Assembly: GCF_006345805.1 (NCBI RefSeq)
Contig: NC_043000.1
Span: 76,880,001 to 76,944,000, forward strand
Direction: 5' to 3'
Origin: Octopus sinensis
Lineage: Eukaryota
DNA: 64,000 bases
This document shows, piece by piece, positions 37,525 to 50,738 of this stretch (position 1 is its first letter; the number at the start of each line of letters is the position of its first letter). The notes under the pieces were generated by a model. It saw only the letters and a list, made by a program, of their open reading frames with translations, did not search any database and was not told the origin of the DNA. Made by a program: the position numbers and the translations under genes.

Positions 37525-40089
37525 ATACACACACACACATCCTACATATATATATATATATATATACATACACATACATACATACATACATACATAAAAA
37601 AAGTCATTTACAGAAAACAGAAAATAAAACAAAGAAAAAATAAAACAAACAGATGAACATCAGTGTCAACTGTTGATTCTCAAAATAGTAGAATTAATGC
37701 AACAGGTTGGTGATTTCTTTATTTCTTTATCATTTAAAATATCTGAAATGGTAATGGATCACACACATACACACAGTTGACAAGACCATTTGGAAGACTG
37801 TATAACTTATGCAATCACATTTCCTATAAGATAATATACAAGAGTTTTTTTTTTCTGAATGTTAAATAATAAGGATAAAAAGATGAAGATAAACTATAAC
37901 TGATGTACAATTTACTGTGACATTAGAAGATTTACATGAAATGGTTTAAACAAAATGTTAACAATCATTTCTTATAATTAGCTAAAGAAACAGTTGGAAT
38001 GAAAATGCTGCATAAAATGATTCAAACAATAACAATAATAATGAAATGGTGCTCGAGTTGAATGGGAAATATTTTAGATGGGTTTAACTAATGAAGAATT
38101 CTAATGAGGGAAAGGAATTTTAATGACATCATCATGATGATCATTGTAGTTGTGCAATTCATCTGTAATTGAATTTTGGTGAGGAATAATAGCAACTTGT
38201 TTTCTATACTTATAAATACCACCACTGACACTACCACTGCTGCTGCTGCTGGTAACATATTTAGCAGCAATAGTAATAGTTGTAGTAATAGTGTTTTTAT
38301 CCAACTAAGACAAATATTCACTTGTAATCTGTTTTGAGACAACTTTTAGTTTGATTTACTAGACATAACACTGAAACTTCTCTCAAATAAAATTGCATCA
38401 GACAATTTCATTGTAGGAAGATATTAGATATGTAGTCCTGAATGTTAATAAATATAAAAATGTCATCATTGTGATGTCTCTAGTCACAATGTTGATTTGA
38501 TTATAGGCAACTAGGATAAAAGTACATCTAAACTTGATATAGAGTTGTTAAGGTTAGGATTGAACTCAATTGTTTATTGTAACTGTAGAGTTTACTTACC
38601 ATGTCTCAGAGGTACAAAACTGATTTAAGACTAATGTGTCAGTATAAAACTGATTTTAGAAACAGTAACATCACTGAAGTCATGAGGAAGGCCCAGTACC
38701 TATGACATATTTTAGGGTCATCAATGAATGGTGTGAGGCAGGGAGATCGGATATCCCACTCAGAAACTTCTGACAGAGTAGCCTCCAGTAAAAGACACCT
38801 AAGGAAAGGGGGAAAGGAATGCTGAAGTGTGTGATGGATTAAGTCTACCACTCAAGAATAGAAATAGTCCCTCCAAAAAAAGATGCTACACAGTTTCCAT
38901 CTACCAAATTCCACTTACTTTCATCAATCTGTTCTTGAAGAAGATGGATTGAATCTGAAATATATTGTTTTTTCACCCTGTATCTTTAAACAGATTGAAG
39001 CAAACTTCTTAGCCACTCAGCTATGTCTACACTCCATTGTTACATAAGTACTAGCACCTAGGTTTCTCTTAGTTTTGATTAGATCTAATTCTACAGAGAA
39101 ACATGATGGCCAATATCACATCATTCACATTCATATTGTTTAGTGCTTCTTTTCTGATTAACGTTTACAGACTGAAATGATCTTTAGCAATATTTCAATT
39201 TTTCCATTTTTAATGGAAAAAATAAATGGATAGAATGCCAAAAAGTCTTTTAAGGTTATAATTTTTCAGATGATTATGCTCCATAATAAGAGATGAGAAA
39301 TATTTCAATATTTAATGTACATTACATTTTAAATTGTTTGATCTCCAATCATCAAACAAATCAATAAACAATATAGATGTAAATATTACAAAATATTTTG
39401 TCTAAAGATGAAATTGTATGAAACATAAATAATCAAGACTTTTTGTAATACCATCTTCCTGGCAATATATTTACTTCAAATTCTTCATCTTTTCTCAACC
39501 AAGCCGTTTCAGTGAAGTCACACTTGCAAATCTTTAAATTAAAAACTGTTGTTTAACCCCTGGTCAGCCATCATTGATGGACTTATGGTCACAGATGTCA
39601 CAGTGACCAGTTGACCTTGACATATACTATATCTGAGACTACTTTATGCTTATCATTCTTCTAAAGAGACATTAGTCTGGTTTGAGGAAGAGGTGGTTGC
39701 TATTTCTAGCACCAGACGGAGCAAATATTTAAAACAGAGGTTAATTAAATCAAACCTTTTACATAGCTCCCTTTCTTAAAATGAAAATCTCTACCCTGTA
39801 TATGTAAAAAAAAACCACACACACACACACACACACACCAAGAAAACACCCAGCCTTTGGTATTTTCTTTTAATATCCCATCTAGCACATGCCTCCTTTT
39901 AGATATTTGCATTTTTGTATTTCTCTCACAGCTAGGCTTTATATTATTTCAATTTATTTCACACCTCTTAATTCACAATCTAATGCACAATAATCTGTCA
40001 AAAGCAAAATTATGCAAATTAAGCTGACCACTGTGATGATCTATGCCATAATATAGCGCCTTAGTGTACATTATTTACATTTGACAGAT

Positions 40090-41492
40090 ATTTGTCCTCA
40101 TCTTGTTTGTTGTTAACACGTTTTGGCTGATATACCCTCCAGCCTTCATCAGGTGTCTTGGGGAAATTTCAAACCTGGGTTCTCATTCCTAAAGTATTTT
40201 TCGATGTTATTATTATTATTGAACTCAGAATCTTGGGGTTAGTAGCCCATGCTCTTAACTACTACGCCATATGCCCGTGGGCAACTATGGAGTGAATTTT
40301 TAGGGCTTATAAATCTAATATTTTCCTATCCTTCCTTAATACCAGTTCCTATATGCTATTCATATCTGCACTCGGCCTGAGTCTTTAAGGTTCCTCGTGC
40401 AATGCATAACTTGCTCTGTTTTGTCCCAGTGATGTATAGGCCTGAGTTCTCGAGTACTTCCCATACAATCAAGTATGGAATCTCTTTGTTTTGTAATTGC
40501 CAGATATGTCTGGCCAGTGATGTCATGTATATCCTTTCCAGGACTCTGAAGGAGGACAGATGATTGGAAATATGCTGTTTGAGAGAGTTCCCAGTGCACC
40601 CTACGTACTTCTGTAGGTGCGTGGTGTCGTTGCACCTGTTGTTGCATCTGTTGCTGTTGCTGATGGTGTTGTCGCTGCTGGAGTTAGGGCTGCTGTTGGT
40701 GCTGGTGTTGGTGCCAGTCATATTCTTGTCCCTGCACGTGTTGCCTGTGGTTGTTGCTGTTATAGTTGTTGTTGATGGAGTCGGGGCTGCTGGTGATGGT
40801 GGTGATAGTAGTGCTTTCGCTACTGCTGGTTCCACAGCTGTTGCTGTTATAGTCAGTGACAGAACTGGCGCTTCCCTCTGTGGCTGTTGGGTTCCAGCAT
40901 GTAGGGGATGTGGTCCTTAAACTCACTGGCAGCTAGAGCCTCATTATAGTGTGGGGCTGCTGTAGCGAAGGTTTCTTGGCTAGGGGAATGGCTCAAAATC
41001 CTCTTGCCGATGCCTTTTACCAGGTTCTTGAATACTATGGGTGGCCTATTGGCCACTATAATAGTAGTAGCAGAGGCAATGGATCCAGTTCCATTGCTGG
41101 CTATAATGGCAACAGTAGCAGAACCAGCAGTGGTGATAGCACTACTATCACCACCAGCACCCCTGACTCCATCAGCAACAACAGCAACACCAGTGGTAGC
41201 GACGGCAACAACAGTAGCAACATTAACAGCAACAACGACTATGCCACAGGCAACATGCACAGGGACGAGAATATGACCAGCACCAACTCCACCCCCAACG
41301 ATGCCAACACCATCAGTGGCAACAGTAGCAGCAACAGCAGCACCTAAAACAACAACAGACACAATGACAGCAGCAACAGCTGCAGCGGCAATGGCAGCAG
41401 CAACTGCAACAAGCACAACAACAGAAGCAACAGGCACAATGACATCACGCATCCACAGAAGTACATGGGGCATTTCCCCATCTATATTTTAA
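40090..41492 (-). mobile_element. Decayed Penelope-like element (RT C-terminus + GIY-YIG) with triplet-repeat expansion, inverted duplication and hammerhead remnant
   Basis: FKNLVKGIGKRILSHSPSQETFATAAPHYNEALAAS; KYVGCTGNSLKQHISNHLSSF...SLARHIWQLQ; HHR-like motif at 40114-40158. Confidence 0.8.
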
Positions 41493-42487
41493 AGATGTCT
41501 CAGGCCAGCAGTGTTTGGGGTCTGAAGATACCCGTAAGGCTAAACCCCTTATGAGTGAGAAACCCAGGGTAACCCCATAAATCAGCCTACACCACAATAA
41601 TATTAACTGTTCTACATCTTAAAATGTGCTTCTCCCTCGGATTTATGTATTTCTACAAATGATTCTACATATATATATATATATATACACACACACTTAT
41701 GGGAAAAGTTGATTAATGATAAGTAAAATGTTATGAATGGGATGTGAAACATAAATACAAACATATACATGCACACACATACATAGAGCAGCTAAAATAG
41801 GATGGTGTAATTAGGTGGGAGCCATCACAATGGGACATGTGTGTGTGTCTCTCTCTCTACAAAAGAGAGGAAAATTTAGTTAAAAGAACAGTAGGCAACT
41901 ATGAAACAAGTGTAGTACAGCTGGTATGAGGTGGAGGAGGAGGAGGTAGTGGTGGAGATGCTAAGCAGGAAGTGGGTGGTGGAAGTTGTCACACATGTGT
42001 AAGATGTTACCCTCCACACACACACACACCACCACCACCAGTTGGTTTGGGTTGGACTACAAGGATAAGATGGGCAGTAACACTACTATAGAGTGGGCAG
42101 CTTGGAACTAGGTGCACCAATCTGACCTGGAATTGGTTGTGTTTTGGGGATTTTATATGTGGTACTTCCTCTTCACCTAAAAGGGTCACCAGGGGTGGCA
42201 CCATTGCAAGCCAGGGTGTTATGTACAAGGGTATATTCTGGAACAGAACATGAGGAGAATGCATCTGTATATATGTGTATATACATATGTATGTATTTGG
42301 GTGGGTGAGTGAGTGTGTGTGTGTAAATGTCAAACAACAAGAATGAGTGCTCAACACTGCATTGGTGACTAAAATTTCTTGATTTGTGTATTAAAGATAC
42401 CATTGGTTTCATATTAAGAAAATATCTTAATATTCCAGCAATTTTTCAAGCCAATCACATGGAGGATTGATGTTCATCTCCATTTTG

Positions 42488-42538
<51 letters not shown>

Positions 42539-42579
42539 TACACATACAGATACACAAACACGCTGACTCAAACATACAG

Positions 42580-42800
42580 CAAACTAACAAGGAACTTGCA
42601 CTGCTTTTATCAAGGTTACAGAATTTCATTTGTACCTAATATCATAGGTGCATTGGAATATGTAACAACAGATTTACATAAAATCCTTGAAATGTTGGGG
42701 ATTCTCCAAAGATAAACGAAGTAAATTGACTCATATCTTCAAAATACAATTGATTAGTGGTGCTGTGAAGTTTTGTAAAGTATTCCAGAAGTTCCTTATT
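42580..42800 (+). mobile_element. RLE-type (R2/R4-like) LINE C-terminal relic
   Basis: YRISFVPNIIGALEYVT reading in ORF 42467-42715. Confidence 0.4.
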
Positions 42801-43082
42801 TGAATTTCCTGGAATAAACGTATTTGAGCAATCACATCTATACATAAAGAGTAATAAATAACATGCACATCTACTACATGAGTGCAAGTATAAACCACAT
42901 ACGTACTTATACATGCATGCACACAAACAAACACACACACACTGGGTGACTCAGACATTCATGAATCCTGAAACTGTTTTAATTCAAAGAAGTCCTGTCA
43001 TTTTGTTAGTGACTGGCTTGAATTCTGTGAAGAACTTAAATATATCTCCATTCACACACAGACAAACCAACATGTATATATA

Positions 43083-43113
<31 letters not shown>

Positions 43114-43899
43114 CATAGACATACATGTGTGAGTATATTATAAATCAGTCAGTCTGTCCATCCGTCCATCCATCCATCTATCTATACATACATACATATA
43201 TATATATATATACACACACACATAAACATAAAATATAGTAGTTGCAAGAGGCAGGTCTGAAGCAAGTAATGAAGAAAACGTGGGGATATTCATACCTCAG
43301 AAATAAATAATGTTATGAAACAAAAAGACAAAGATAAACAAGAAAAAAATGAATGAAATTGTAAAATAAAAACAAACAAAATAAAGAGGTAAAATGAGAA
43401 AACACAAGTTACAATATTACTTAGAATATGGTAAAATTACATGATTGATTGATAAATGAGAGCATGAAATAACACCAGAATAAACAATGCAGAAAGTATA
43501 ATGACAAAGAAATTGAATTAATTTATGCCTAAAAATTTATGTATCTTTATGGTAAGTATGTATATATGCCTACCTACCTAACTATATGTCGCAGTCTATC
43601 ATTCTCTCTTGCTCCATCACACTGCCCACAGTGTTTTTCGTCCAACAACCTTGCCAACAACCATCATGTAACTACCTATTGTTCCCTAACTAAATCAATC
43701 CAGCACTTATCTGATCATACACAAGCCATGGCTTCCTCCAATTCCTTTTTTGGTGACATATGAAAGATCCTTTTACTTTTTGGAAAAATGGAGACATATC
43801 ACTTCCTCCTCACAATATTTTTGTAAAAAGATTGAATGTTGGCAATGTTGTCCATTATTGTAGATACTTTTATCATCATTGCAACAAGTGCCTCTTTGA

Positions 43900-44475
43900 A
43901 GGGTCAAACTTAGGAATGAGAGTGTTTCCACTGTGCCGAATGTTACAGAGTTGACTAAACCGTTGCCCATATCAGGAACAAATGCCTTTGACTTTCCCAA
44001 AACCAATACAAGTTGTGTCGACGTGATGAGGTAGTGAAAGTGCTACATTGGAGACTATGAAAAATGGGGGCTAGAAAGAGGCAAGACTTTGTATGAGTAC
44101 AAACCACAGAAAGTGGAAAAGTTGGAAACCTGCAAAATCCTGAGGGATTTCCCAATCCAAATGGACCAGGTCTTGAGCACAACAACCAGATCAAGTGGTG
44201 GAGGACAAGGTGAACCACAGGTGCTCTATAATTTATGTTGTATGCCCCTTTGACCCATGAATATTCAAAAAGGAAGGCGTAAAAATTGACATAAACAACC
44301 CCTTTAAATATAAGATAGCTTGACTGAGGAAAATGAAGGTGACGATAATGCCAATTATTGTTGGGTTTTTGGAAAAGGAATCTAAAGCCAATGGGAATCG
44401 ATTGCTCAGTAGAACTGTTACAAAAGCTTTGCTTCCTTGACATGGCCAGAATCATCAAAGTTTTGGATAGCATTG
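43900..44475 (+). mobile_element. RLE-type (R4/NeSL-like) LINE 3' relic
   Basis: Across frames: PLCRM..TVAHI, D.V.KVLHW, CKIL.DFPIQ.DQVLEHN.PD, V.CPFD, IMPIIVG. Confidence 0.7.
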
Positions 44476-45530
44476 CTTTGTAGGCTGCAGGTAGCAAGCC
44501 TACAATGCATGCAGGACCCAGGAGTTCCAACAAAAGCTGAGTTAAAATAATAATAATCCTTTCTATTATAGGCACAAGGCATGAAATTTTGGTGGAGGGG
44601 GCTAGTCGATTTCATTGACTCCAGTACTTATTTTAATGCTGAGTGAATGGAAACAATGTTTTTTTTTTAATTAGATAATAATAATGATTTCAAAATTTGG
44701 CACAAGACCAGCAATTTCAGAGTGGGGGATAATTGAATACATTGACTCCAGCACTCATTTTACTTATTTTATTGACCCTGAAAGTATGAAAGATGAAGTC
44801 AATCTTCACATGATGGTGGATTTAATGCCACTAAACATTTTACTCAGTGTGCTAATGATTCTGCTAGCCCACTGCCTCAACAACAACAACAACAATAATA
44901 ATAATAATGATAATAATAATAAAAACAATAACAAGAGCATTCAGAGAGTGCAAACCTCCGCCAAGGCAACACCAATGTCCTTTCAAAGATTAGCCAGAGA
45001 TGATTTTTAAAATGAGAATATCTGAAATAAACCCGGCTGCTCTCACAAACAAGAATATTAAAAGTGGACCCGACCACTCTCAAAAATTAAGTAAAAACAT
45101 AGAAAAAAATAATCCAGAATCCTTGTCCTGTATTAGATTGATCCTAAAATCTAATCAGTTTGTGCCAGTCACAAGGCCAAACGTCCTTGAAAATTTCATC
45201 CGAACCCATCCAAAACAATATGTCCACCTTCACTAAGGCAGAGGTAATAATAATTCTTTTTACTATAGGTACAAAGCCTGAAATTTGGGGGAGGAGATAG
45301 TTGATTATATCAACCCCAGTAATCAGCTGGTACTTGTTTCATCGACCTCGAAAAGATGAAAGGCTAAGTTGATTTTGGTGGAATTGAACTCAGAACGTAG
45401 TGACGGGCTAATACTACTAAGCATTTCATCCAGTGTGGTAACAATCCTGCCAGCTCACCACCTTAAATAATAATAATAGTAATAATAAGAAGAATAAGAA
45501 TAATAATCAATGTTTCAGTATCTTACGTAC

Positions 45531-45643
45531 ATTTGGTTTTCTAGACAATATACCTTTCACAGTAACTGCCTTTGTTGTGGTCGTTGTGATCTTAGGAGCA
45601 ACTATTTTTCTGTTCAAAGTTGTGACTTCTGTTTTTACAACTG
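45531..45643 (-). CDS. Sdc: Probable syndecan Thr-rich ectodomain exon, AVVKTEVTTLNRKIVAPKITTTTTKAVTVKGILSRKPN
   Basis: ttttttttctttatcag acceptor (CAGCAG tandem), aat|gtacgt donor, 113 nt, phase 1-0; mucin-like composition. Confidence 0.75.
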
Positions 45644-46549
45644 CTGATAAAGAAAAAAAAGAACACAAGTAAAAACCTTTATAGTTTCACGACAAATACA
45701 AAACCAGAGATTTTCTTAAATTTTAATATATTTTTTACAGATTTTAAGAGTATTTTGTAAAGATTTTACTCCAGTTTTTAAATTATTTTGTTTGAAATTT
45801 TGGTTGGCATTGCAATCATGATACAAAAATAAAATACCTTACACCAAATCGATAATAACTGCAGTAATGCTAAAAGGTTAAGAATTTACTTTGCAATTAT
45901 GGGATCACAGGTCCAAATCTACAGTGTGGGATCTTAGGCAACTGTTATTTCTAGAGCCTCAGCTTGACCTATGTCTTGTGAATAAATAGAAGCCCATCAA
46001 ATGGATTGTAACTAATTTAAAGATCTGACTTTGTCACAGTGTTGTGTTTGGGAATTATGTTAGGCACAGGAGTGGCTGTGGTTAAAAAGTTTGCTTCCCA
46101 ACAACATGGTTCTGGGTTCAGTTTCACTGCATGGCACCTTGGGCAAGTGTTTTCTGCTATAGCTCTGGGCCAATCAAAAACTTATGCATGGATTTGGTAG
46201 ACGGAAACTGTTACAGTCTCCTTGCTTTGACATATCAAATAGATAGCTGTAAATAAGTGTCATTGTAATGGAAGTGGTGTCCATTTCCGATATTCTGTGA
46301 AAACATGCCAGGTCAAAGGGAAATATTTCCTTACAGACAATGATGATGATGATGAGGATGTAAATGTGTCTATGGTATTTCACTTATATGCAAAATCAAT
46401 GAACCTGATTTTCAGTTGACTGAACACCTGAAAATTCTGGGGTCCAGTACAGAAATAGTATGGTGGAATTCATAATGAAAATATATATTAAATCAGTAAG
46501 AATTTCTTTTAAGTATTCATTATATATGTACATTACTTCTTAGAAACCA

Positions 46550-48859
46550 AGCAGCGGCTATTCCAGCCACCAGTTGCAGATACAAATACCTCAGTGGCTG
46601 CTTTACCTGCTTCCATTTTCTACTGTTTACAAACATATCGCTTAACAATTCCTCGGCCAATTAGTGATGTTGTTGCATCTGATCATTGGCCTGCACATAC
46701 ACTATCACAGGAAGTACTTCCTGATGATTGAAGCTGCTCCAGCTACATTTTTGTGAAAATGGGTTGAAAAAATTTGTCTGTGAGTGATGTCTTGAACCAA
46801 GTGTTGTTGTCTGATGAAGAGGACATCGACAATAATGATTATGGCAATGATGTTGATTTTGAGAGTGAATCTGACAATGATTTAGACCTGGAAAGTGATA
46901 GCGATGATCTCGACAATTATGGTGCTATACAAAATGTACAGCCACTGGCAATGTGCAGTGTCTGTTGGTTGTCAGAATAGGGGGCATGTTTGTGTTCATG
47001 GCAGGAACTGCATGCATGCTCTACATGGCACTGGCAAGGTAACAGGCCCAATGTTCCACCCAGAGTAAGAGCTAATACTCCTCCAGGATGGCAGAGAGAT
47101 ACTATAGGCTTTTCAGAGTGCCAGTTTACACCAAATAATCCACCAGGGCCCAAGAACATGTCTAACACTATAAATGTAGACATCACTCCAATTAATTATT
47201 TTAGTTTATTTTGGAATGACAACTTATGGAATATTTTACTCGAGGAAACTAAGAATCAAGCTGAACATGTGCTTCAGGCAAAGCTGAATAATTTCTCAGT
47301 AAAAATTTTGCATGAGAAAAAACTTACATTGGAAGAACTGAAAGCTTTTTGTGGTGACCATGGAAATGCTGGTGTACAAGGATTGCTATGAAAAGTACTG
47401 GTGGTAAAAGGATGCCTTACTAACACTGACCCCAGGTTTTCCAGAGGTTATGAGCCGCAACAGATTTCGTGCCATTTGGTCTTTATTGCACTGTGTGAAC
47501 GAGGATGATCAGAACATTGATAGGAACGATAAACTGTACAAGACTTGTCATATATTCAATCACTTGTTTGATAAATCCAAACAACACTATGTGCCTGGCT
47601 GTGATTTATTGCTAGATGAGGGAATGATCCCTACAAAGAACAAGCTTTCATTCAAGCAGTATATAAAAGATAAGCCAATATGTTGGGGATAAAATCTTTA
47701 TTATTATGTGATTCTGAAAACAGATACATCTGCAATGCAGAAATGTATACTGGAAGGAGATGATGCAAATGAAATTGACAACCTTGGTGTCACAGGAAAC
47801 TTAGTTGTGAGGATGACAAATGAATATGCCAGACAAAACTATGCACTCTACACTGACAGATTTTACATGCCTGTACAACTTGTAGAATATCTTCTTGTCA
47901 ACAAAGATATTCGAATGTGTGGTACTACCAAGACAAATAAAAAAGAATTCCCAAGGATGTTCATAAAAAGAAATAATGAGATGGAAAAGGGGGACTCAGA
48001 ATTTTTGTTCAGCAGAAATGTGGCTGTCTTTGTTTTTGTTTGGAAAGACAAAAGACTGATTTATTTTATTAAGTCACTCTTCATATTACTCTACACCAAG
48101 AACATGTACAGCAATATGATGTAAATGAACACAGAAGGGTCTCTGTCCCTTGTCCTAAAGCAGTGAAAGAATATAATGCCCACATGAGTGGAACAGACAA
48201 GATTGACTAAATTACTCGACTTCAAAAGCGTCACTGTCATTACAAGTGGCAGAGACTCCTGATGGTAATGTTTTTTATGTGGGCTGCCTATAATATATCC
48301 ATGTTGATGGGTTTCTTCAAACCACATCACCCCGCTGGAAAGAGAGTGTACACATTTCACATCTTTCTAGATAAACTCTGCCACCAACTTGTTGGCAATA
48401 TTAGAAACAAGAACACTGACTTTGGCAGACAATGCTCAGCTGAGCAGGATGATGAAAAGAGGCTGTTAAATGAAGCACACTATGATGTGGAAAGGGCGGA
48501 AACAGCATTCAGCAACAATTGTTGCTGAGGGCAAACAGATGGATCCACCCTACCAGGCTGTAAGACTGTATACAAATGCAAATATTGTGAGAAGTTCCTC
48601 TGCATTGGAAAAACCATACAGTAACTGCTGGTTTGACTGGTACTACAAGCACCAGTATTGACGATAAAACTAAAACAAAAATACAAGTGATAAGGACAAT
48701 GATGCACTCTATTTGGCATTTTATTTCAATATGAGAGACAGAAGACACATTTTAGTGACACTGAAACAATATTTGGTGGGAAATAATTTTTTTGGCTCTT
48801 TCAGCCAGGGAACCTGGGGTGAGGGTGCCGAGGACAACGGGTATCTGGAGTTTAAAGGG
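46550..48859 (+). mobile_element. Decayed piggyBac (PGBD4-like) transposon
   Basis: Acidic N-terminus, MSRNRF, LDEGMIP, YTDRFY, MSGTDKID motifs; right end aaaggg|TTAA at 48860-63; left TIR not found, so the start is approximate. Confidence 0.85.
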
Positions 48860-49568
48860 TTAAGGAACATAAAATATCACAAGAAAAGTGTTGTTTAGCC
48901 CTGATCCCACTAGACCTATGATCAAAGTCCTTCCAGCAATGACCATCATATCTCTTTTCAGGGCTTGTGTAAACCAAACTACATTATTACTCATGTCCAT
49001 TTTTTATATGGTGGGGAAATGTGGGTTAATGGCGGTTTAGCTGCTAATAATTAAACCACAGAAATTGTTTTTTAGCATCAAGTGAGCTCTGACCAAGTGC
49101 ATCTATAATCAAAATGTTTCAGCTACAATCATCCCATCTGATTTCTTTAATGCAGATAAGGTGACATAATATAATGTATCCCCTTTCTAAGATAGTAATG
49201 AGTGGTTTGAGGGTAATTTGGTTGCTATTTCTAGTGAGTTAAGTGATACCATAAAACTTACTCCACATGTATTCATTGAGTATGAAACAAGAGAAGCTAA
49301 TTTTGGATTTCCTTATGCTAACTTAAAATACTGAATCAATTGTCTTTTAATGAAATCTGTTCTGCTTAATAACAGGATTGTAACACCAGTGTTGGTGCCA
49401 CATAAAAAGCGCCAAGTTTACTCTGTAAAACGGTTGGTATTAGAAAGGGCATCCAGCCATAAAAACAATGCCAAAATTGACAGTGGAGCTTGGCAATGTC
49501 CTCTGGCTTACCTGTTAAACTGTCCAATGCATACCAGTAAGGAAGATGGATGTTTAATGACAATGATT

Positions 49569-49624
<56 letters not shown>

Positions 49625-50700
49625 TATTCTTTTACATGTTTCAGTCATTTGGCCGTGGCCATGCTGGAGTACCACTTTGAAGTATTTTTGTTAGACAATT
49701 CAACCCCAGGATTTATTGTTTAGTAGTACTTATTCTATTGGCTTCTTTACTGAACCACTGGGTTACAGGAACATAAACACACCAACACTGGTTATCAAGC
49801 AATGATGATGGGGACAAGCACAGACACAAAGACATATATATATATACGACTGGCTTCTTTTCTGTTTCCATCTACCAAATTCACTTGCAAGGCATTGATC
49901 GGTCTGAGGCTATAGTAGAAGATACTTGCCCAAGGTGCCATGCAGTGAACCCAGAACCAAGTGGTTGGGAAGCAACCTTCTTACCATACTGCCACACCTG
50001 CACCTTATATACATACACACACACACTCTGGTTAGAGCCATTGAATTGTGGCCATAGTGGTGCACCACATTCTTGAAAGTTTTAGTCAGTCATTATTAAC
50101 TTTGGTACTTGTTTTGTCAACCTCTGTCAAATTACTAAGTTATGCAGTTGACAGAAACTTGTACACTGAATTGTAAATATAGATACAGACCCAGATACAC
50201 ACATGTATGCATGTAAGTTTATACATATATTATCATTATTTTTTAATGTCCCATTTTCCTTAATATTATGAGCCAGATGAAATTATTTGAGGCAGATTTT
50301 CTATGATCTGATGATGCTCTTTCTGTTGTCAACCCATTTCTGCTCAAGTAAGGAATATTCTTTTTTCCATTTCAGAGGAATTAGGAAGTGCAGAGATAGT
50401 ACATGATTTGTAGATGGGAAATTTCAACAAACACCATCAGTTGATGCCCAACACAAATAATGACATTACCGTTTATAGCTAAGGTGTAATTGGTAACATT
50501 CATCCCAACATATATATATGCATGCTCAAAAGCACAAACACACACACATGATGGGATAGCTTGAGTTTTTAATCAACCAAATTCCTCTACACAGCCATGG
50601 TTAGCTTGCTGCAGAAGACACTAATGCAAGATGCCACAAAGTGGGATCTTAAATCATGTGGTTGGGAAGCAAACTTCTAAACTACACAGCCATACATACA

Positions 50701-50738
<38 letters not shown>

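Noticed and set aside
37030-37591. YI/VC-rich ORFs here and at ~32470, 35010, 60140 and 62730
   Set aside because: They are translations of (TA)n/(TG)n/(CA)n microsatellites.
38101-38304. Minus-strand ORF with SSSSSGSVSGG as a GAG-attachment exon
   Set aside because: Acceptors are weak, the compatible reading ends in phase 1 where a phase-0 junction is needed, and the serines come from a (CAG)n run.
38600-38797. Strong-looking acceptor/donor pair on the minus strand
   Set aside because: All three frames contain stops between the sites, and the shorter version encodes nothing syndecan-like.
43955-44575. 206-aa minus-strand ORF as a gene
   Set aside because: It is the antisense shadow of a decayed RLE-type LINE on +.
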